The notes under the pieces are model-generated. The model was not told the DNA's origin. It made no database searches and saw only the letters and a list, made by a program, of their open reading frames with translations. A program made the translations under genes and the position numbers. This document shows, in pieces, positions 41,846 through 51,026 of a stretch of 64,000 nt of DNA. Position 1 is the first letter of the stretch. Each line of letters starts with the position of its first letter. This stretch comes from Opitutus sp. GAS368 (GTDB taxonomy: Bacteria > Verrucomicrobiota > Verrucomicrobiia > Opitutales > Opitutaceae). The DNA lies in NCBI GenBank assembly GCA_945861645.1, contig CAMAVZ010000004.1, forward strand, positions 12,051 through 76,050, written 5' to 3'.

Positions 41846-42778
41846 ATGGCTTCATCATTGGCGCTTAAAATTTTAGATTCCCATACTGGAGGTGAGCCGA
41901 CTCGGCTCGTGCTCGCGGGTGGTCCAGAGCTGGGCCCAGGTCCACTGGCGGAGCGCGTAAAAATATTTCAGACCGACTACGACTCCTTTCGATCGGCGAT
42001 TGTCAACGAGCCCCGCGGTTCGGCCGTGGTGGTAGGCGCGCTACTCTGCGCCCCCCACGATCCTAGCTGCCAGTTTGGCGTTATTTTTTTTAATAATGTC
42101 GGCTACCTCGGCATGTGCGGGCACGGCACGATGGGCCTGGTCGTGTCACTGGCTTATCTGGGGCGGCTCCAGCCTGGCCTGGTGCGGATTGATACGCCCG
42201 TGGGCCCCATCGAGGCGATCCTGCACGCTAATGGCGAAGTCTCGGTGACTAATGTTGCGAGCTACCGTCGCGAGCACGGGCTCAAGCTTACTTTGCCCGG
42301 CGGTGGGCACGTGACGTGCGATCTCGCTTGGGGCGGCAATTGGTTTTGCCTCATCGAGCAGCACGGACTGACCCTCGCCTTAGCTAATCTAGCTCAACTG
42401 ACGGATTATTGTTTGCGCATTCGGGAAGCACTCAGCGGCGCAGGGTTTCCTGAGGTTGATCACGTCGAATTGTTCGAACGTTCAGCGCGCGCGGGGGTTG
42501 ATAGCAGAAATTTTGTCCTGTGTCCTGGCCTCGCTTACGATCGTTCCCCCTGCGGCACGGGTACGAGTGCCAAACTCGCTTGCCTCGCCGCTGACGGCAA
42601 GCTGGCCCCCGACGTGGAGTGGGTGCAGGAGAGTATCGTCGGCAGCATCTTTCGGGCAAAATACTCGCGGCGCGGGGAGGAAATTATCCCCACCATTACG
42701 GGATCAGCTCATGTCATGGGGGAGGGCACTCTGATCTTGGATCCACAGGATCCTTTTTGCTGGGGCCTTCCAGCCTGA
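41846..42778 (+). CDS. 4-hydroxyproline 2-epimerase (proline racemase family)
   Basis: DSHTGGEPTR, EPRG, both catalytic Cys present (GMCGH, DRSPCGTG), operon context. Confidence 0.88.
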   Translation: MASSLALKILDSHTGGEPTRLVLAGGPELGPGPLAERVKIFQTDYDSFRSAIVNEPRGSAVVVGALLCAPHDPSCQFGVIFFNNVGYLGMCGHGTMGLVVSLAYLGRLQPGLVRIDTPVGPIEAILHANGEVSVTNVASYRREHGLKLTLPGGGHVTCDLAWGGNWFCLIEQHGLTLALANLAQLTDYCLRIREALSGAGFPEVDHVELFERSARAGVDSRNFVLCPGLAYDRSPCGTGTSAKLACLAADGKLAPDVEWVQESIVGSIFRAKYSRRGEEIIPTITGSAHVMGEGTLILDPQDPFCWGLPA

Positions 42779-42807
42779 TTTTCGTAATTATCCATTCTAT
42801 TTAAGTT

Positions 42808-44070
42808 ATGCGTGAATCAAAATCAGTAATCGTCTGCGGCGGAGGCGTCGTGGGCCTCTGCTGTGCGTATTATCTAGCCCGTGAGGGTCGCGCTGTCACC
42901 GTGCTCGAACGCAACGGGGAAGTGCGTGATCATTGTGCGCTCGGCAGTGCTGGTTATGTTTCGCCGAGTCACGTCATTCCCCTCGCGGCGCCGGGCATGG
43001 TGTGGCAGGGCCTGAAGTGGATGCTTAATCCCCGCAGTCCTTTTTATATCAAGCCGCGGCTCGATAGCGATCTGCTCCGCTGGAGTTGGCTTTTCATGCG
43101 CTCCGCCAATCGGGCACACGTGGAGCGCGCCGCGCCAATTTTGCGTGATCTTTGTGTGGCCAGTCGCGCGCTTTTCGAAGAATTGGACGATATTACCGGT
43201 CATGCTTTTGAGTTTAAAAAAGAGGGCCTGCTCAATCTTTGTAAAACAGCGGCCGGCCTAGATCACGAAGCCCACGGCCTCGCCCGCCTTGCCAATGAAC
43301 TCGGCGTTGAGGCCCAAATCTTAAATGCCGCGCAGACTGCGGCCCTGGAGCCGGGCATTAAACTGGATGTCGCGGGTTCAGTATATTTCCCGATCGATGC
43401 TCACCTGACGCCGGGGCGTTTCGCGCAAACCCTGACGGCTTTGCTCAAGGAAATGGGGGTGCGCTTCCAATGGAATACGACAGTTTTTGGTTGGCGAACT
43501 GAAGCCGGACGGATTGCCGCGGTGCAAACTACGGCGGGTGATTTACTCGCCGATGAATTTATTCTCGCGGGCGGTTCGTGGGCCCCTGCGATGCTGACGG
43601 GTTTGGGCCTGCGGTTGCCGTTGCAAGCCGGCAAAGGCTACAGTCTTACTTTGCCGCAGCCGCGCTTTAAAGTTACTAAGCCCATGATTTGTACGGAGCG
43701 CCGGATCGCGGTAACGCCCATGGGTGACACCCTGCGCTTTGGCGGCACCATGGAGTTAAGTGGGATTAACCACCACGTGCGGCTGGAGCGGGTGCAGCAG
43801 ATTATTGATTCTGTGCCGCTTTATTTTCCCGAACTTACGGCCGCAGATTTTTCCGGGATTCAGCCTTGGCAGGGTTTGCGGCCAGTGGCCCCCGACGGCA
43901 TGCCTTATCTGGGCCGCTTTAATCGTTATCGAAACCTGACGGCGGCTTGTGGCCACGCCATGTTGGGGGTTACGATGGCGCCCATCAGTGGCTTGCTCGT
44001 AGCTGAAATTCTCGCCGGTCGTAAACCCTCGGTAGCTTTGCAGCTGCTCGACCCTAATCGATACGCCTAA
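42808..44070 (+). CDS. FAD-dependent D-amino acid (D-hydroxyproline) dehydrogenase
   Basis: GGGVVG FAD motif, GKGYS, GGTMEL, GLRP..PDGMP, GHAMLG. Substrate inferred from neighbours. Confidence 0.82.
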   Translation: MRESKSVIVCGGGVVGLCCAYYLAREGRAVTVLERNGEVRDHCALGSAGYVSPSHVIPLAAPGMVWQGLKWMLNPRSPFYIKPRLDSDLLRWSWLFMRSANRAHVERAAPILRDLCVASRALFEELDDITGHAFEFKKEGLLNLCKTAAGLDHEAHGLARLANELGVEAQILNAAQTAALEPGIKLDVAGSVYFPIDAHLTPGRFAQTLTALLKEMGVRFQWNTTVFGWRTEAGRIAAVQTTAGDLLADEFILAGGSWAPAMLTGLGLRLPLQAGKGYSLTLPQPRFKVTKPMICTERRIAVTPMGDTLRFGGTMELSGINHHVRLERVQQIIDSVPLYFPELTAADFSGIQPWQGLRPVAPDGMPYLGRFNRYRNLTAACGHAMLGVTMAPISGLLVAEILAGRKPSVALQLLDPNRYA

Positions 44071-44123
44071 CTTTGCTAAATCCACCCCGAGAGAGGACCG
44101 CGGTAGCTCAAAATAAAACGCTT

Positions 44124-45017
44124 ATGAATTGGAAAGGTGTTATCCCTGCCATCACGACTAACCTCGCGGCTGACTTGACGGTCGACCATGCCGCCCTCGC
44201 AGTTCATTGCCGTTGGCTGATCGATAGTGGCTGTACCGGGCTCGTCGTTGGCGGTTCGCTCGGAGAGGCCGCGACGCTCAGTTTTGAGGAAAAAATTGCG
44301 ATTGTTCGTACGAGCGTTGCGGCCGTAGCTGGGCGTGCGCCGATCGTGCTGGGCATTGCCTCCCTAAGCACGCTGGAAGCGGTGGCGTTAGCGCAAGCGG
44401 CGGAACAGGCTGGCGCGCAGGGTCTGATGGTCTTGCCGCCTTATGTTTATTCCAGTGATTGGCGTGAAATGAAAACACACGTCAGCGCCGTCATTGCCGC
44501 GACCAAGCTTGCTTGTCTGCTGTACAATAATCCCCCCGCCTACAAAACTGATTTTCTGCCAGAGCAGATCGCCGAACTAGCGAGTCTGCATCCTAATTTG
44601 CACGCGGTGAAAGAATCCAGTGGTGACACTCGCCGGGTCACCGCAATTCAAGCGGTGGTTGGCCCCCGCTTGGCGGTCTTAGTGGGTATGGATGACGCCA
44701 TTGTTGAAGGCATCTACGCTGGGGCGGTGGGCTGGATTGCTGGGTTGGTTAATGCGTTTCCGGTTGAATCGGTGGCGCTCTTTAATTTGGCTAGTCGTGG
44801 AGAGAAGGCGCGGGCGGCGGCGCTCTACGCTTGGTTTCTCCCGCTGCTCCGCCTCGATACAGTGCCCAAATTTGTTCAGCTGATTAAATGGGTGCAGGCC
44901 GAAGTTGGCCGCGGTACGCCGTTTGTTCGCGCTCCGCGCTTGGCCTTGGCCGGGCCTGATCTGGCCGCGGCGCGGGCGGTGTTGACAGCGGCCTTGCAAC
45001 ATCCTCCGGCTTTGTGA
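44124..45017 (+). CDS. DapA-family enzyme, probable pyrroline-4-hydroxy-2-carboxylate deaminase
   Basis: GV.PAITT, GSLGE, YNNP, VKESSGD (Schiff-base Lys), GWIAGLVN. Confidence 0.82.
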   Translation: MNWKGVIPAITTNLAADLTVDHAALAVHCRWLIDSGCTGLVVGGSLGEAATLSFEEKIAIVRTSVAAVAGRAPIVLGIASLSTLEAVALAQAAEQAGAQGLMVLPPYVYSSDWREMKTHVSAVIAATKLACLLYNNPPAYKTDFLPEQIAELASLHPNLHAVKESSGDTRRVTAIQAVVGPRLAVLVGMDDAIVEGIYAGAVGWIAGLVNAFPVESVALFNLASRGEKARAAALYAWFLPLLRLDTVPKFVQLIKWVQAEVGRGTPFVRAPRLALAGPDLAAARAVLTAALQHPPAL

Positions 45018-45071
45018 AGGGGCCTTTTGACTCGCCGGGTGCCGAGTTGAGGGTCACCATTAGCGTCGTTT

Positions 45072-46667
45072 ATGAAACCTGATGGAAGTTCACTGATTGG
45101 TTTCGGTTCCAGCGCGCCTGGTGGGGCGGAATTTTTGGCGTTTGATCCCGCCCGCGGAATCTTCTTAGAGCCAACTTTCTGCTCGGCAACGGGCCGCGAT
45201 CTCGAGCGGGCCGTACAATTAGCGGCCGCCGCTGCGCCGCTTTGGGCCAAGCTTTCTGGGGCGCAGCGCAATAAATTTTTACGCACCATTGCGGATAATC
45301 TTGAGAAAAAATCGGCGGATCTCGTCGCACGGGCCCAACAAGAAACCGCCTTACCGGAAGCGCGCTTGAAAGGAGAAATTGCGCGGACGGCTGGTCAGTT
45401 GCGTCTTTATGGCGAAACCGCTGAGCGCGGCGATTGGCTCGATGCACGCATTGAGACGGCGCAGCCAGAGCGTCAACCGCTGCCCAAACCAGATCACCGC
45501 TCTTTGCTGCGACCCTTGGGCCCCGTCGTGGTATTTGGTTCTAGTAATTTTCCGTTTGCTTACTCGGTGGCCGGGGGCGACACCGCATCCGCTTTTGCCG
45601 CCGGTTGCCCAGTGATTGTGAAGGCGCATTCCGCTCATCCGGGCACCAGCGAACTCGTGGGACGCTTGATTCTCCATGCGGTCCGAGATTGCGGCCTACC
45701 GGAGGGCACATTTTCCCTGCTATTTGATGCTGGCTTGACCGTCGGGCAAGCGCTCGTTCAGCACCCTTTAGTCAAAGCGGTTGGTTTTACGGGATCCTTG
45801 CGCGGCGGTCGTGCGCTGACGGATCTGGCCGCCGCCCGCCCCGAGCCAATTCCCGTCTATGCGGAGATGGGCAGTATTAATCCTGTTTTCATTTTACCGG
45901 GCGCGTTGGCCGAAAGATCGGCTGCGCTCGTAGATGGACTGCATGCGTCCGCTACGGTAGGGGTCGGCCAGTTTTGCACTAACCCCGGTTTGATCGTGCT
46001 GGTCCGTGCGCCGGCGGCGGAAGATTTCTTAAAAAACCTAGGGGCGAAATTAGCTGCGACTCCCCCCGCCGCGATGTTGACGGCCGCAATCTGTGCTAAT
46101 TTCAGGAAAGGAGTGGCCGCCCGCGCTCGCATCACTGGGGTTCGCCCGCTGCCTGCCCCGTCGGCTGATGACGCGCGGCTGTCGACGGTCGCCGCTCCGG
46201 TTTGGTTTGAAACTTCGGCGCAGGATTATTCGAGTAATCCAAATTTGACCGAAGAGATTTTTGGCCCGAGCTCTTTAGTGGTGTGGTGTAAAAATTCTGC
46301 TGAAATGTTAGCGGTGGCGCATGACCTTTCCGGCAATCTCACGGCGACTCTGCACGCCGGCGTGGCGGAAGTCGCCGCGCAAGGGGCGCTACTTGATATT
46401 TTAGCGAACAAAGCCGGCCGGGTGATACTTAACGGATTTCCGACGGGGCTCGAAGTGAGCCCTGCTATTGTCCACAGTGGACCGTATCCTGCCACCAGTG
46501 ATGGTGGCCGCAGCACCTCAGTCGGCACACGGGCCCTCACCCGCTGGGTGCGGCTCGTCTGTTACCAGAATTTTACCGAGGAATTGCTGCCGCCAGAATT
46601 GCAAAATGCGAATCCCCAGGGCCTGCGTCGGTTGGTCAACAGCGCGTGGACGAACGGCGCAATTTGA
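45072..46667 (+). CDS. Alpha-ketoglutaric semialdehyde dehydrogenase (NADP+)
   Basis: SNFPFAYS.AGGDTASA, FTGS, EMGSINP, GQFCTNPG, EEIFGP. Confidence 0.88.
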   Translation: MKPDGSSLIGFGSSAPGGAEFLAFDPARGIFLEPTFCSATGRDLERAVQLAAAAAPLWAKLSGAQRNKFLRTIADNLEKKSADLVARAQQETALPEARLKGEIARTAGQLRLYGETAERGDWLDARIETAQPERQPLPKPDHRSLLRPLGPVVVFGSSNFPFAYSVAGGDTASAFAAGCPVIVKAHSAHPGTSELVGRLILHAVRDCGLPEGTFSLLFDAGLTVGQALVQHPLVKAVGFTGSLRGGRALTDLAAARPEPIPVYAEMGSINPVFILPGALAERSAALVDGLHASATVGVGQFCTNPGLIVLVRAPAAEDFLKNLGAKLAATPPAAMLTAAICANFRKGVAARARITGVRPLPAPSADDARLSTVAAPVWFETSAQDYSSNPNLTEEIFGPSSLVVWCKNSAEMLAVAHDLSGNLTATLHAGVAEVAAQGALLDILANKAGRVILNGFPTGLEVSPAIVHSGPYPATSDGGRSTSVGTRALTRWVRLVCYQNFTEELLPPELQNANPQGLRRLVNSAWTNGAI

Positions 46668-46716
46668 GGTCGGCGATTTAGCTGACACGCTCGGCCCCGA
46701 GTTCAAGCTGGGTTCA

Positions 46717-47214
46717 TTACAGCTTGGCGGCGGCGTGTCGAATCGCGCGCTGGTAGGCGGTGAGGCCCGGATCTTCCGTCGTGGCGCAGAGAGTTTCCAA
46801 GGCGAGCTGCAGCGCTTCAGTCTGCCGGCCTTGGGCATGAAGGGTTAGCGTCAGAAAAATCGCAAATTCTGGATTAGCGGGAAATTGGAGTTGGCCGGAA
46901 CGGAGCACATCAGCGGAGCGCGGTAATTGACCGAGGAGGCGCAACGTTGAGCCTAAGCCCAATTGGGCGCCTGATAGTTCGTTGGGTGACAGACCGAGGG
47001 CGATTGCTTTTTCGTAGTAGGGCAGGGCCTCGGCTGGGCGATCGAGCACGTCACAGGTCCAAGCTAATTGGAAATTAATCTCGGCGACATTCGGGTAGCG
47101 CTCGTCGAGTGCGGTTAGTCGCGGGAAAATTTCCTGCGATTGCCCGTGGGCTCGCGCGCCAACGATGGCGTCGAGTTCAGGTTTCCAATGAGGGATTTCT
47201 GAAGCGGGGGACAT
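46717..47214 (-). CDS. TPR-repeat protein
   Basis: AW.CD.L....EA.PYYEKAI, LGLGSTLR.LG. ATG at 47214. Confidence 0.8.
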   Translation of the reverse strand: MSPASEIPHWKPELDAIVGARAHGQSQEIFPRLTALDERYPNVAEINFQLAWTCDVLDRPAEALPYYEKAIALGLSPNELSGAQLGLGSTLRLLGQLPRSADVLRSGQLQFPANPEFAIFLTLTLHAQGRQTEALQLALETLCATTEDPGLTAYQRAIRHAAAKL

Positions 47215-47281
47215 GCAACAAGACTTGGCGGCGAGTGGAGGCCCCGCTGGATCCCGCCCAGCGAGAGCGGGATTTGCTGGC

Positions 47282-49222
47282 TTAGGCCTGGGGTGGTTGC
47301 TGGTTGGCTGGCGCCGCCACGACCTTCTTCTCGGGCAGTGCACGGGTGGCGACCTCCTGTTTGAAGCGGGCGATGACCTCTTCGACTTTTAGGATGCCTT
47401 CGTCGCCTTTGGCGCGGGAGCGGACCGATACGCTCTGGGCTTCGGCTTCCTTTTGACCGAGCACAAGCACGTAAGGAATTTTTTCAAGTTCAGCCCGGCG
47501 GATTTTTGCACCGAGCTTATCGGAGTGCGCGTCAATCGACACCCGAAGGTCGGCGGCGAGCAGTTGCGTATGCAAAGCCTGCGCGTACGCGATAACCTTA
47601 TCACTGATGGGGACGATCCGGATTTGTTCGGGCGCGAGCCAGAGCGGGAAATCTCCACCGAAATGCTCGATGAGCACGCCGCAGAAACGCTCCATCGAGC
47701 CAAAGGGCGCGCGGTGAATCATGACGGGACGGTGCGAGGCGTTGTCGGCTCCGATGTAGGTAAGGTCGAAGCGCACGGGTAAATTATAATCGACCTGCAC
47801 GGTGCCGAGCTGCCACTCGCGGCCGATGACATCTTTAATCACGAAGTCGATTTTTGGTCCGTAGAAGGCGGCTTCGCCGGGCTCTTCCGTAAAAGGCACG
47901 CCCAATGTTTGGGCGGCCTCGCGGCAGGCGTTTTCGGCTTTATCCCAGTTAGCGGAGTCCCCGGTGTATTTCTGGGAGTCAGGGTCGCGGAGGCCAACGC
48001 GGACGCGATAATCGGCCATACCTAACGTGGTGAGAACTGTTTTTACCAGAGAGAGACAGCCAATAATTTCTTTGGGCACCTGTTCTTCGGTACAGAAAAG
48101 ATGGGCATCATCTTGGGTGAATCCACGGACGCGAGTCATGCCGCTAAGTTCACCCGACTGTTCCCAGCGGTAAACGGTACCAAATTCCGCCAGTCGCACC
48201 GGTAAATCGCGGTAGGAATGTGGCTGCGAAGCAAAAATCTTAATGTGATGCGGGCAATTCATCGGCTTCAGCAAAAAGCCATCGATGAGTTGGTCGTCAG
48301 GAAGCACGCGATCCTTCGTGATCGTTTCTTGCTTGGTGAGTCGGTTAACTTTTTCCGCAAGATGGCTGGAGACCGCTTCAATGCGATTCGACATTTCCGC
48401 GCAGGAGCAACCGGCCGAGGTCAGTTGTTCGAGAAATTCTCGCTCCACGACGGGTGGGAATTGGGAGTCTTTGTAGTACGGGAAGTGCCCGGAAGTTTTA
48501 TACAGTGAGAGTCGACCAATGTGGGGCGTGAAAACTTGCGAGTAACCCTGCTTGCGCAGCTCACCCATGATAAAATCCTGCAATTGCTGCCGCAGAATAG
48601 AGCCGTTGGGTGTCCAGAGAATTAGGCCTTGGCCCACATCTTCATCGATGTGGAACAGTTTTAATTCTTTACCAAGTTTGCGGTGGTCGCGCAATTTGGC
48701 CTGTTCCATCTGGGTGAGGTAATTAGCGAGTTCCTCTTTGGTCGGGAAGGCGGTGCCGTAGATGCGCTGGAGTTGCTTGTTGGTCTCATCGCCGCGGTGG
48801 TAAGCACCCGCGATGGAAAGGAGTTTGAAAGCCTTCAGCTTCGCCGTGTAGCGGACGTGGGAACCGGCGCAGAGATCCGTGAACTCACCGTTGGTGAAGA
48901 AGGAAATTTTCCCATCCGCGGGAATATCCGCGAGGCGGCCGAGTTTATAGCGTTCTTGGCCGCGGGACTTGATGATCTCAATCGCTTCCTCGCGGGAGAC
49001 TTCTTTGCGGTCGAAGCGCTGATTCTCCTCAGCAATTTTTTTCATTTCAGCCTCGAGCTTAACCAGATCATCGGCGGTGAATTTGTGCTCCAAGTCGATG
49101 TCGTAGTAGAAACCGGCATCAGTGGGCGGCCCGATATCGAGTTTGGCCTCAGGGAAAAGGCGGAGAACGGCAGTCGCAAGGACGTGCGAGGCCGAGTGGC
49201 GGAGTTCTTCGAGCGGAGACAT
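47282..49222 (-). CDS. thrS: Threonine-tRNA ligase (no TGS domain, internal insertion)
   Basis: LRHSASH, DLCAGSH (editing domain), RDHR, KPMNCPHH, RVRGFTQDD, AAFYGPK, IHRA..GS.ERF. ATG at 49222. Confidence 0.97.
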   Translation of the reverse strand: MSPLEELRHSASHVLATAVLRLFPEAKLDIGPPTDAGFYYDIDLEHKFTADDLVKLEAEMKKIAEENQRFDRKEVSREEAIEIIKSRGQERYKLGRLADIPADGKISFFTNGEFTDLCAGSHVRYTAKLKAFKLLSIAGAYHRGDETNKQLQRIYGTAFPTKEELANYLTQMEQAKLRDHRKLGKELKLFHIDEDVGQGLILWTPNGSILRQQLQDFIMGELRKQGYSQVFTPHIGRLSLYKTSGHFPYYKDSQFPPVVEREFLEQLTSAGCSCAEMSNRIEAVSSHLAEKVNRLTKQETITKDRVLPDDQLIDGFLLKPMNCPHHIKIFASQPHSYRDLPVRLAEFGTVYRWEQSGELSGMTRVRGFTQDDAHLFCTEEQVPKEIIGCLSLVKTVLTTLGMADYRVRVGLRDPDSQKYTGDSANWDKAENACREAAQTLGVPFTEEPGEAAFYGPKIDFVIKDVIGREWQLGTVQVDYNLPVRFDLTYIGADNASHRPVMIHRAPFGSMERFCGVLIEHFGGDFPLWLAPEQIRIVPISDKVIAYAQALHTQLLAADLRVSIDAHSDKLGAKIRRAELEKIPYVLVLGQKEAEAQSVSVRSRAKGDEGILKVEEVIARFKQEVATRALPEKKVVAAPANQQPPQA

Positions 49223-49243
49223 CGAGATAGTGTAGTTGGGTTT

Positions 49244-49267
49244 AGTCCTCCTTACGAATGGAGGGCC
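49244..49267 (-). promoter_or_regulatory. Candidate thrS translational operator (Thr anticodon stem-loop mimic)
   Basis: The mRNA strand reads GGCCCUCC-AUUCGUAA-GGAGGACU, with CGU at -34..-32 from the AUG. TTGACA at 49305-49300. Confidence 0.6.
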
Positions 49268-49354
49268 GAAAAGCGATTTGGCCACAGGGCGTGGTCGGGT
49301 GTCAATGCCGGGCTCAGACCTAGGTGATTGGCCACAAAAAGCGCCGAACGCGCG

Positions 49355-49385
49355 AAAATTAAGGGCCGGTAGAGAGACGGGCCCT
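49355..49385 (-). terminator. Possible cysS terminator
   Basis: Minus strand AGGGCC...GGCCCT followed by TAATTTT, just after the cysS stop. Confidence 0.45.
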
Positions 49386-49391
49386 CCCGAT

Positions 49392-50765
49392 CTACAGCTT
49401 CAGCGGTTCGAGGCGGTAGCTGTCTTTGGCATCTTTCATATTCCAACCAGCAGCCGTCAGTTCCTGGCGAAAGGCATCAGCCCCCGCGAAGTCCTTGCTT
49501 TGCTTCGCGGCCCAGCGTTTCGCGGCAAGCGTCACGATAGCGGCCGGTACATCCACTGGCGGTAAATCGAGGGCATCTAACTGGAAGCCGAGCGCAAAAA
49601 GCACGCGATCAAAGGCGGCTAGATTAACGCCGGCCGGACCACGATTCACAATCGTGAAGAGGGCGCCGAAGGCTCCGGGTATATTCAGATCATCAGCGAG
49701 CGCGGCAAAAATGGGGACGAAGATCGTCGTGGCCTCAGCCCTGCTGCGCCCGTCCAAGGCTGCGCGATAAGTGCGCAGGGTTTTGAGGGCGCTTTCGGCG
49801 GCGTGCAGCGAGTCGAGGGAAAAGCTTAATTGTTTACGGGGGTGCCCCATGAGCAAGGCGTAGCGGAGCGCCATCGGGGAAAATCCTTTGGCGACCAATT
49901 CATCGAGCGTGTAAAGGTTGCCGAGGCTCTTGCTCATTTTCTTGCCGTCGACTAAGAGGTGCTCGCTGTGATACCAATGATGCGAAAAGGGCGTGGCGTT
50001 GCAGCATTGGCTCTGGGCAATTTCATTTTCGTGGTGAGGAAAGAGTAGATCCACTCCGCCGCTGTGCAGGTCGATCGTCTCGCCGAGATGTTTTTTACTC
50101 ATCGCACTGCATTCGATGTGCCAGCCGGGGCGACCGCGCCCCCAGGGACTATCCCACGCATTGGTGCCATCCTCGAGTTTGTGCGCTTTCCATAACGCAA
50201 AATCACTGACGTCTTCTTTTTCATCGGCATCCGCCGCCATGGCCTTGAGCGCGCTCCCTGTTTGGAGCTCGCGTTCTTTGACGCGCGAAAGCGCGCCGTA
50301 AGCCTCGAAGGAGTTTACTTTAAAATAAACCGACCCATCCGCCGCGCGATAAGCGTTACCTTTTTTCATGAGCACCGCGATCATATCCACTTGCTCGGGG
50401 ATGTGCCCCGTGGCGGTCGGTTCCACGTGGGGTGGTAAGCAATTCAAGCTCGCACAGTCGGCGTGAAATTTAGCGGTCCATTGTTGCGTAACGTCGGCGA
50501 GGGGGCGCTGTTCATCCCGGGCGCGCTTGATGGTTTTGTCATCAACGTCGGTTAAGTTCCGCACATGTTTTACTTTATTTGCCCCAAACTCCAACTCCAG
50601 CAGTCGGCGAATAATATCATTCACAACAAAGGTGCGAAAATTTCCGATATGGGCCGGGGCATACACCGTTGGCCCGCAGTTATAGAAGCGAAAAATACCA
50701 TCCGGTTGCGCGGGCCGGAGCTCGCGCAGGCTGCGGGTGAGGGAATCGTAAAGGCGGATCGGCAT
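49392..50765 (-). CDS. cysS: Cysteine-tRNA ligase
   Basis: CGPTVY, HIGN, DFALWK, GRPGWHIECS, FPHHENE, KMSKS. Confidence 0.97.
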   Translation of the reverse strand: MPIRLYDSLTRSLRELRPAQPDGIFRFYNCGPTVYAPAHIGNFRTFVVNDIIRRLLELEFGANKVKHVRNLTDVDDKTIKRARDEQRPLADVTQQWTAKFHADCASLNCLPPHVEPTATGHIPEQVDMIAVLMKKGNAYRAADGSVYFKVNSFEAYGALSRVKERELQTGSALKAMAADADEKEDVSDFALWKAHKLEDGTNAWDSPWGRGRPGWHIECSAMSKKHLGETIDLHSGGVDLLFPHHENEIAQSQCCNATPFSHHWYHSEHLLVDGKKMSKSLGNLYTLDELVAKGFSPMALRYALLMGHPRKQLSFSLDSLHAAESALKTLRTYRAALDGRSRAEATTIFVPIFAALADDLNIPGAFGALFTIVNRGPAGVNLAAFDRVLFALGFQLDALDLPPVDVPAAIVTLAAKRWAAKQSKDFAGADAFRQELTAAGWNMKDAKDSYRLEPLKL

Positions 50766-51026
50766 GCAGCAGGCTAAGTTGCGTCCAACAGGCGCAAAAA
50801 GTGTAAAATGATCAATCTCGGATTACCTCACTAGCTAGAATCAGCTGCCGCGGGACCCGAATGGCGCAGTGCGCATCGGACAAATTTTGTGCAGAAAAGC
50901 GGCGAGCGTAAATCTGCTCTACCCGCTCGCAGAGAGTATTAGGCCGGCGCGGCGGATAGTCTGAGCCGTAAAAGATTAGCGTGAAATAATGCCAATTAGT
51001 GGTTTAGTCTTAGTCTTTCTCTCGCC

